Part shown: positions 57,945 through 64,000 of the stretch, piece by piece
Layout of the letters: every line of letters starts with the position of its first letter
Numbering within the stretch: position 1 is the stretch's first letter
NCBI GenBank assembly: GCA_045863395.1
Contig: BTVJ01000008.1
Span: forward strand, 110,274 to 174,273
Direction of reading: 5' to 3'
DNA length: 64,000 bases
Origin: Myxococcales bacterium
Lineage (GTDB): Bacteria; Myxococcota_A; UBA9042; JABWCM01; BTVJ01
The notes under the pieces: generated by a model
The model's input: the letters and a program-made list of their open reading frames with translations, nothing else
What the model was told of the DNA's origin: nothing
Database searches by the model: none
Program-made: the position numbers and the translations under genes

Positions 57945-58058
57945 GGGTGTGCTCCGTTGCCGTGGAAGGCCCGGCAGCGGCACCCGCCGCGCCTGACCTT
58001 CATCGAAGCCCATGCGCGAGAGCGGAGTGTGTGACAGGGGTCAGCGATAAAAGTGCGA

Positions 58059-59498
58059 TCAGGTCCCGTCGTGGCGCCGATGCTGGTCGTCGAGCACCTT
58101 CGAGAGGCGGGCCCTCAGCCGCTCGATGCGCTTGCGCACCGCGGCGGCGCCCACCCCGAGGTCCTGGGCGATCTCCTCGCTGGTCCAGCCTTCGACGAGT
58201 CGATCCAACAGGCGCGCGTCGCCCTCCTCCAGGGCACAGAGGACGCGACTGATGTCGAGGCTCCCCTCGTCCAGGGACGAGACCCGAAACAGCCTGTCCT
58301 GGACGATGGCCAGCCCCTCCGGGGACCATGAGCAGGTTGCCCGACTCTTGATGGTGCGGCGCCTCCAACTGTCATTGCCCTTCACGGCGTTCATGAAGTA
58401 CGGGCCCAGGTCGCCGCTGATCTCGCCGGCGCCCGCCTTCTCGCACACCCGCAACATGGTGGCCTGAACCAGGTCCTCCGCGTCGTCCACCGTGTAGCGC
58501 CGATACCTGATGAGCCAGGCCACCGCGATGTCCACGTTTCGCCTGTCGCTTTGACCGGCCGCGACGATTCCAAGCTCCGAGAAGCATCGCTCGACATTAT
58601 CCAGATCCAGCGCGTCGTGAAGTCGCCACAGTCCGAGCGCCCCGACGCTTGCGACCGGCTCCGAGACCCGTGACGACGACTCGTTGCCCGCGAGGGCCTT
58701 CAACCACCGGCGCCCTCCGTCCACCGCCCCGCCCGGCCAGCCCTGGAAGGCCGCCACTGCCTGCTCGTGCAGGTAGTTGATGGAGGCGTACACGATGGCG
58801 GGCATGTTGCCAGTGGTTGGGTCGTCGGCGGCACAGGTCGAGAGCGTATTGCAGGAGCCAGCAAGCAGCAGTCCCGATGCCAGGCCAGCGCGAAACGGAG
58901 TCCGCGAGCCGAGCCGGAAGACCGACCCGACAGTCCACGCGCCCAGCCGAAGGAGCGCCAGCGGCAAGAGGATCAGGGTCCAGATGAGCACCACCAGCGC
59001 TGGCGTCGCCACGATGGCCGTCACAAAGGGCGAGGCATGCAGGCGGTCAATTCCCGCGGCTGTCAGCACAGCCATGCCCGTGAAGACCGCGAGCAGCACG
59101 TGGAGCCAGAGGAGGAAGCGCCTGCCCGGCGACTTTGGCCATCTGCGAAGGGTGCGCGCCAGGAGCACGCTCGCGCCGATCATTGCCAGGCAAGTGGCGG
59201 CGGCGGTCAGGAACGACGACTCCCAGGTGCTGAATCGGAGCGCCCCCAGGGAGTCGAGCGCTGGCGCCAGGAGCGCCACCAGCAGCAGCCCAACGACAGC
59301 ACCGGCGATGAGCAGGACGGGGAGGAGAATCAGGAGGCTGGCTGCAGAAATGGAGAACAACAGGGCCACCGTCGCCCAACGGCTTGATCCTCCTCCTTGA
59401 GGCGGCTGACTGACGGGTCCGGCAGTCGGAGAGTTGGCCGTCCTCATCGGGGCCTCCTCGGCTGCCGGCATACCCTGACCTTGCTCACTCGAGACCAT
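58059..59498 (-). CDS. Multi-TM protein with C-terminal ECF-type sigma70 domain
   Basis: 4-6 hydrophobic helices, then region 2-like 'DDAEDLVQATMLRV' and region 4 HTH 'GWTSEEIAQDLGVGAAAVRKRIERLRARL'; RBS AGGGAGG before ATG 59498. Confidence 0.8.
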   Translation of the reverse strand: MVSSEQGQGMPAAEEAPMRTANSPTAGPVSQPPQGGGSSRWATVALLFSISAASLLILLPVLLIAGAVVGLLLVALLAPALDSLGALRFSTWESSFLTAAATCLAMIGASVLLARTLRRWPKSPGRRFLLWLHVLLAVFTGMAVLTAAGIDRLHASPFVTAIVATPALVVLIWTLILLPLALLRLGAWTVGSVFRLGSRTPFRAGLASGLLLAGSCNTLSTCAADDPTTGNMPAIVYASINYLHEQAVAAFQGWPGGAVDGGRRWLKALAGNESSSRVSEPVASVGALGLWRLHDALDLDNVERCFSELGIVAAGQSDRRNVDIAVAWLIRYRRYTVDDAEDLVQATMLRVCEKAGAGEISGDLGPYFMNAVKGNDSWRRRTIKSRATCSWSPEGLAIVQDRLFRVSSLDEGSLDISRVLCALEEGDARLLDRLVEGWTSEEIAQDLGVGAAAVRKRIERLRARLSKVLDDQHRRHDGT

Positions 59499-60194
59499 GC
59501 CTTCCTCCCTCGCTCCCGGGGTCCCTGCGTGGCGGGCGTACCGTCTGGCCATGGGAGGCGGCCCGCGCGTGACCGCCGGAGATCGCCTCGACGAGCCATG
59601 CCCGCGCACTGACGCGCACGAGTCAGTCTACCAGGACCCGTGGTGAAAGGTCATCGGGAGGTCGCAAGGGAGGTTCAACCGTGAGGGCCAGACGGGCCGG
59701 CGACCCCCGAGGACCCCACCAACGTGGCGCGCGAGCAGCGCAAGGTGGATGGTGAGTTCATGAGCCTGCCAGGCGACGACCACTCCACTTGCCCATGGGC
59801 GTCCACGATCCGACACTCGCAGCGCCCAGGCCCGCGGTGCGATTCGCCATCGACGAGGGACTCGGCCCCTCTGAGCAGGACGCCCTCTTGGTGGCAGACC
59901 TCTCTGCTTCAGGGTGGGTCGGGCTCACGGCCAAGGTTGGATGCGATTGCCCTGGGGTCGGCCCCGACAGAGCCAACGTGGAGGCCAGCTCACTCTTCTC
60001 GTTCCCATCGATGGTCCAGGGGGTGGATGATGCGCTCGTCCACTTCCACGGCCGGGGCGGACTGCCGATCGCACACGTCATCGTGCTAGACTCGCCTGCG
60101 GGCGGCCGCCGCGCCGGCGCCGTCGTCCCAGGTGCAAGCCTGTCGCGGAGCTCCGGCGTCGCCGCGCTGCTCGCGCGACCCAGGGAGGTGACGC

Positions 60195-60809
60195 ATGGAC
60201 AGCAAGGAACACTGGGAGCGCGTCTATGGGGCGAAGCGCCCCGACACCGTGAGCTGGTACCAGGAGCACGCCGAGCGCTCCGTGCGCCTGATCGTGCAGA
60301 CGGGCGTGCCCCTGACCGCGGGGATCATCGACGTGGGCGGTGGCGCCTCGACCCTGGTGGACGACCTGGTCGCGCGGGGCTACAGCGACGTGACGGTGCT
60401 GGATCTCTCCGAGGCGGCCCTGGCCCACGCCCGGGCGCGCCTGGGGGAGACCACCGCAGTCACCTGGCTCGCGGTGGACATCACCCGAGCGACACTGCCC
60501 GTGGAGCGCTACGACGTCTGGCACGACCGGGCGGTGTTTCACTTCCTGACCAACGCCGCTGATCGCGACGCCTACGTGGCCAACGTGCTCCGCTCGGTCC
60601 GGCCCGGCGGTCACGTCATCGTCGCCACGTTCGCGGAGGACGGGCCCGAGCGGTGCAGCGGGCTCCCAGTGGTCCGCTACCGCCCAGACCAGCTCCACGG
60701 TGAGTTTGGCGACGCCTTCGACCTGCGCAGCCACGAGCGTGAGGAGCACCAGACCCCCGGCGGAGCCATCCAGAGCTTCGTGTACTGCTACTGCCGCAAG
60801 GTGGGCTGA
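60195..60809 (+). CDS. Class I SAM-dependent methyltransferase
   Basis: 'HWERVY...VSWYQ', 'IIDVGGGAS', 'VLDLS', 'WHDRAVFHFL', 'GPERCSGL'. Confidence 0.92.
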   Translation: MDSKEHWERVYGAKRPDTVSWYQEHAERSVRLIVQTGVPLTAGIIDVGGGASTLVDDLVARGYSDVTVLDLSEAALAHARARLGETTAVTWLAVDITRATLPVERYDVWHDRAVFHFLTNAADRDAYVANVLRSVRPGGHVIVATFAEDGPERCSGLPVVRYRPDQLHGEFGDAFDLRSHEREEHQTPGGAIQSFVYCYCRKVG

Positions 60810-60989
60810 CAGGCGGCACTCGTTCGTCGTGGAGAGCGCCACCTCCGACGAGGCACACGCCCGCGCACCTCGTGGCTCCGCCTCACGCCACTTGAGCGCC
60901 GGCGCTGTTTCGAGCAGGCCAGGTTGTTTGAGGCGACCGGGCCGCCATCCGAGGCGCTCTGGGGGGGCCACCGCAGAGCGGCGCTCGGG

Positions 60990-61570
60990 AACGCTGACAG
61001 GGGCTGCAACACATGCGCGTCTTGTAGGAGTCCTCGGCCCCCGGCTCCTCGAAACGCTTGCGGATGGCGGCGTGGAGCAGCTCCTTGGCGGTGTCGACCT
61101 CCAACCGTCGCTCCTTGGCGGTCGTGCACTTCGGCTTGAGGAGGCAGTTGGAGGCAGCCCTGGCCAGTCGACGTCTGGATGGGCATGTCGAGGTCCTTCG
61201 GGGGCTTCATCGGAGTGCCGGCCGGGCAGATCACCGCGCCGTCGTCGCCGCGATTGTAGTCGTCGCGCTTGAACATCTCCACGTCGCCGGTCTTCCGGGT
61301 ACCCTCCGTGGGCGGAGGGACCACGATGTCCACGGTCTCGCGCGCCTCCTGGATGTACACCTGGTCGTCATCGCCGAGGAAGCCGGCGTCCGCGGCAGCG
61401 CGCAGGGGGCTCTCCTCGGGCAGCCCCGCCTTGGTCAGGCGCTCGCGAGCGTCTGTTATCGCCGCCCGAAGCTGGCCATGGTCGGTCGGCGCCTTGCTGA
61501 TGATGAGACCGACGACGATGCGGGCCCGCTGGCCGGCACCGGTCGCCACGATGCGGTGGCCCGGGGCGGA
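60990..61570 (-). mobile_element. IS1182-family transposase remnant (truncated, frameshifted)
   Basis: 'AADAGF' DDE-type motif, 'VICPAG', then a frame change near 61160 into 'NCLLKPKCTTAKERRLEV...YKTRM'; no N-terminus; ends approximate. Confidence 0.7.
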
Positions 61571-61574
61571 CGCG

Positions 61575-61802
61575 CCGCTCGGAAACTTCATGAGGCGACA
61601 CCCCCTACGGAGAGGCCCGAGACCCGCCGACGTGGACTCCAGCGCCGACGCCTTTGCGGCGCTGCGGGACCTCGGCTTCAGCGAGACCGAGTCCCGCCAG
61701 GCACTGGCCGCCGCCCGCACCCACGTGGGTGTAGGGGCGAGCGCCGAGGCGCTGATCACCGCCGCGCTCCGACTGCCCCAATCCCTCGACCGCGCCGCGT
61801 GA
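61575..61802 (+). pseudogene. RuvA C-terminal-domain fragment, likely the tail of a truncated gene
   Basis: 'ADAFAALRDLGFSETESRQAL...SAEALITAALR'; abuts the IS remnant in the opposite orientation. Confidence 0.6.
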
Positions 61803-62382
61803 GCCCGCGGCCCCAAGAGGCCACACGAAACCCCGGCGAACCGGGTGAGGGGCGGGCACCGCCTCCCACCATCGGACGACCCAGCCAGGCGTCTCACCCC
61901 GGCGCCTCCCGGCCAGGGCCCGAGCCAGCCCGCGTCGAGCCTGCCGACCGAGCCGCCCCTCCGGCGCACACGCTGGCTCCCCTCTCCGAGTCCCGAGGAC
62001 CTCCCCCGGATGCCGCGGCGGCAGCGGACCGCCTGCCAGGGCGGGCGCCACCGGCGATGAGTCCAATGATGGCAAGTGGTTGCATTTCATTGCCCCTGTG
62101 ATGGTTCGCGCGTCTGGACCCCCCTCGCCGCGACCATGACCATACTCAGGAGGCACTGGCGGGCCCGCGCCCGGGCGTCACGCTCTCGACAGGGGAGGCG
62201 GTACTCTGATGAGGGTCTCTCTCGTGGATTCGTATCCAAATGAAGCCGGAGTCGTATCTTGTCGATGTGGGAAGAGGACTGAGTCCTGGAAACACCCAGC
62301 AGAGAGTCCCACCATCGCTGATTCAGTCCTCTCCCGCCCTTGGGGATGGCACTGTGCATCTCCCAAAAAGGAGGCAAGGAAC

Positions 62383-63423
62383 ATGCGACTCAATGAACTC
62401 GACGGACACAGAAAGACCATTAAGTTCGCGTGGATGCGTGGATTCCCGTGCGTGCTCGCGCTCGCCTTTGCGCTCGGAGCGTGCGGTCCAATCGAGATTG
62501 ATGCGCCGATCTACGCCAACGTCAAGGTCGACAGAGACAAGAAGCTCACCGAGCTCGATCAGGCCGAGGAGGAGGACATCTGCAAGGAGGTGGAGACGAC
62601 GAAGGTGTCCTGCAACACGGGGGCCAACCAGGTGACCTACGAGTACTCCAGCCAGAGCTGCTACGACGACCTGGCGTCGGTCCCCGATGGCTGCGGCGCG
62701 AACGTCAACGACTACCTGGCATGTCTGGCCCTGGACGCCTGCGGGCGAACGCCCGCAGAGTGCGAGGCGCTCTCGAGCTGCGCGCCCGAGCTGAACATCT
62801 ACATCGACATCGACGTGGAGGTGACAGTCAACGTTCAGCAGCCGCTCGCGGAGCTGGATGACGAGGAGATCGGCGCGGTCTGTCAGGACGTCGAGATGAT
62901 CGACGTCACGTGCGAGAAAGGCAGCAAGACTGTTGACTTCTCGTACTCCAGCACCACGTGCACCGGGGACCTCAGCGCCGTCGAGTCCAGCTGCGGTGCA
63001 AACGTCGGCGACTACCTCGCGTGCCTGGCCCTCGACGCGTGCGACCGCAAGTCTGCCCCCGAGTGCTCGAAGCTCCTCGAGTGCGATCCGACACTGCAGA
63101 TCTTCATCGACGTGGTCGTCGTAGTGAATGACGACGACGAGCTCGACACTCTGGACGAGGAGCAGACGGCCGAGGCGTGCGCCTCCGTCCAGGACAATCA
63201 AGTCACATGCGAGCTAGGCGGCGCCACGGTCACCTTCGACTACTCGGCCCAGGCGTGCGTGGACGACATCGGCTCGCTCACGGAGGCGTGCGGGGCGACC
63301 GTCGCAGACCTCAACGCGTGCCTGGCGGTCGACGCGTGCGACCGGGCCAACGCTGAGGAGTGTCTGAACTTGCTGCAGTGCGGAAGCCTGGAGATCTTCG
63401 GGAGCGCGGCCATCGAGAAGTGA
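62383..63423 (+). CDS. Acidic lipoprotein made of three tandem Cys-rich repeats of about 100 aa
   Basis: RBS AAGGAGG; lipobox LGAC; three units 'LxELD.EE...C...V.C...T.DYS...C..D...CGA.V.DYLACLA.DAC.R...EC..L..C'. Confidence 0.85.
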   Translation: MRLNELDGHRKTIKFAWMRGFPCVLALAFALGACGPIEIDAPIYANVKVDRDKKLTELDQAEEEDICKEVETTKVSCNTGANQVTYEYSSQSCYDDLASVPDGCGANVNDYLACLALDACGRTPAECEALSSCAPELNIYIDIDVEVTVNVQQPLAELDDEEIGAVCQDVEMIDVTCEKGSKTVDFSYSSTTCTGDLSAVESSCGANVGDYLACLALDACDRKSAPECSKLLECDPTLQIFIDVVVVVNDDDELDTLDEEQTAEACASVQDNQVTCELGGATVTFDYSAQACVDDIGSLTEACGATVADLNACLAVDACDRANAEECLNLLQCGSLEIFGSAAIEK

Positions 63424-63499
63424 CGCTGAACCGGCGGTAACCGCAGTATGAGACTGCGCGCGTGAGACGGACCTCACTGACTGCACTCCGTCAGTCACC

Positions 63500-63529
63500 A
63501 GCCGGGGGCTCTGAGACGAGCCCCCGGTT
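63500..63529 (+). terminator. GC-rich hairpin, probable terminator
   Basis: CCGGGGGCTC-TGAGAC-GAGCCCCCGG; weak U-tract. Confidence 0.55.
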
Positions 63530-63726
63530 GCCTTACTCCTGGCAGTGACTAGATTGCCTCAGTGCGGACCGCGGGACAACGCTCCCCGTTGCGCATGAAG
63601 GCCGCGATTCGATTGTCCAATGGCGCAGCGCGGCTCTGGACGGATTGCAGAAGCAGCCAATTGCTACCGCCACGACAGAGTAGTGCCTCTCTGGAAGCAG
63701 GGCAGACACTGCGGACGGAGGACGAG

Positions 63727-63897
63727 ATGTTGGGATGGTCACTCATGCTTCTCATTGTGGCGCTCATTGCGGGCGCGTTTGGCTTCTTCCACGTTCAGTG
63801 GGTGGCGACCGAGTTTGCCTGGATTCTGTTCGTGGTATTCCTGGTGCTGACGGTCCTGTCACTGCTACTCGGAAGGCGGCGGCCGCCCGTCCTCTGA
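63727..63897 (+). CDS. DUF1328 family small membrane protein
   Basis: 'MLGWSLMLLIVALIAGAFGF...AWILFVVFLVL'; RBS GGAGG. Confidence 0.88.
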   Translation: MLGWSLMLLIVALIAGAFGFFHVQWVATEFAWILFVVFLVLTVLSLLLGRRRPPVL

Positions 63898-64000
63898 TTC
63901 GGCAGGGGGGAGCCAGTCGGAGATGATACGTGTTGCCGGCCCATGTCCTCAACGAGCGCGAGCGGATAGTGGTCCCAGGTCCTTGATGGTGTCCGGGGTA

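Noticed and set aside
58010..58036. TGTCACA (minus strand) as an ECF41-type -35 element upstream of the DUF4258-like gene
   Set aside because: No matching CGTC -10 at the expected spacing; cannot be supported, although it remains a candidate site for the local sigma factor.
59628..60190. Short ORFs between the sigma gene and the methyltransferase
   Set aside because: No codon bias, RBS or recognisable motifs in any frame.
62070..62084. TGGCAAGTGGTTGCA as a sigma54 promoter
   Set aside because: GG-to-GC spacing is 9 nt, not the required 10.

Overview
High-GC bacterial chromosomal window, very likely a Myxococcota/deltaproteobacterial genome (PEGA-TPR/Ser-Thr kinase cassette, many Asp/Ala/Gly-rich lipoproteins, Cys-rich repeat proteins). 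About 50 CDSs and one tRNA-Ala(GGC). Recognisable genes: queG, tRNase Z-like hydrolase, a System I cytochrome c maturation operon (ccmE-F/H-I-A-B-C-D), iscA/erpA-like carrier, amrS, an alpha-2-macroglobulin, and several large surface proteins (fibrinogen-like, TSP3/Cys-repeat, IgGFc-binding). The right end (about 56.3-64 kb) looks accessory, with visibly less extreme GC, an IS1182-like remnant and orphan genes. The most unusual items are: (1) a gene with several N-terminal transmembrane helices and a C-terminal ECF-type sigma domain, upstream of a coupled DUF4258-like gene and a B12-binding radical SAM gene; (2) a full-length P1B-ATPase homolog that has lost the phosphorylated Asp and all metal-binding motifs; (3) a three-gene operon of a repeat-rich membrane-anchored protein and two tandem VWA-like lipoprotein paralogs lacking a MIDAS motif; (4) CcmF and CcmI fusions containing embedded signal-peptide-like segments, next to a Cys-type CcmE; (5) a pseudopilin-like motif beside the alpha-2-macroglobulin bait region. 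All family calls come from motif recognition by eye. No database search was run, so novelty is unverified.
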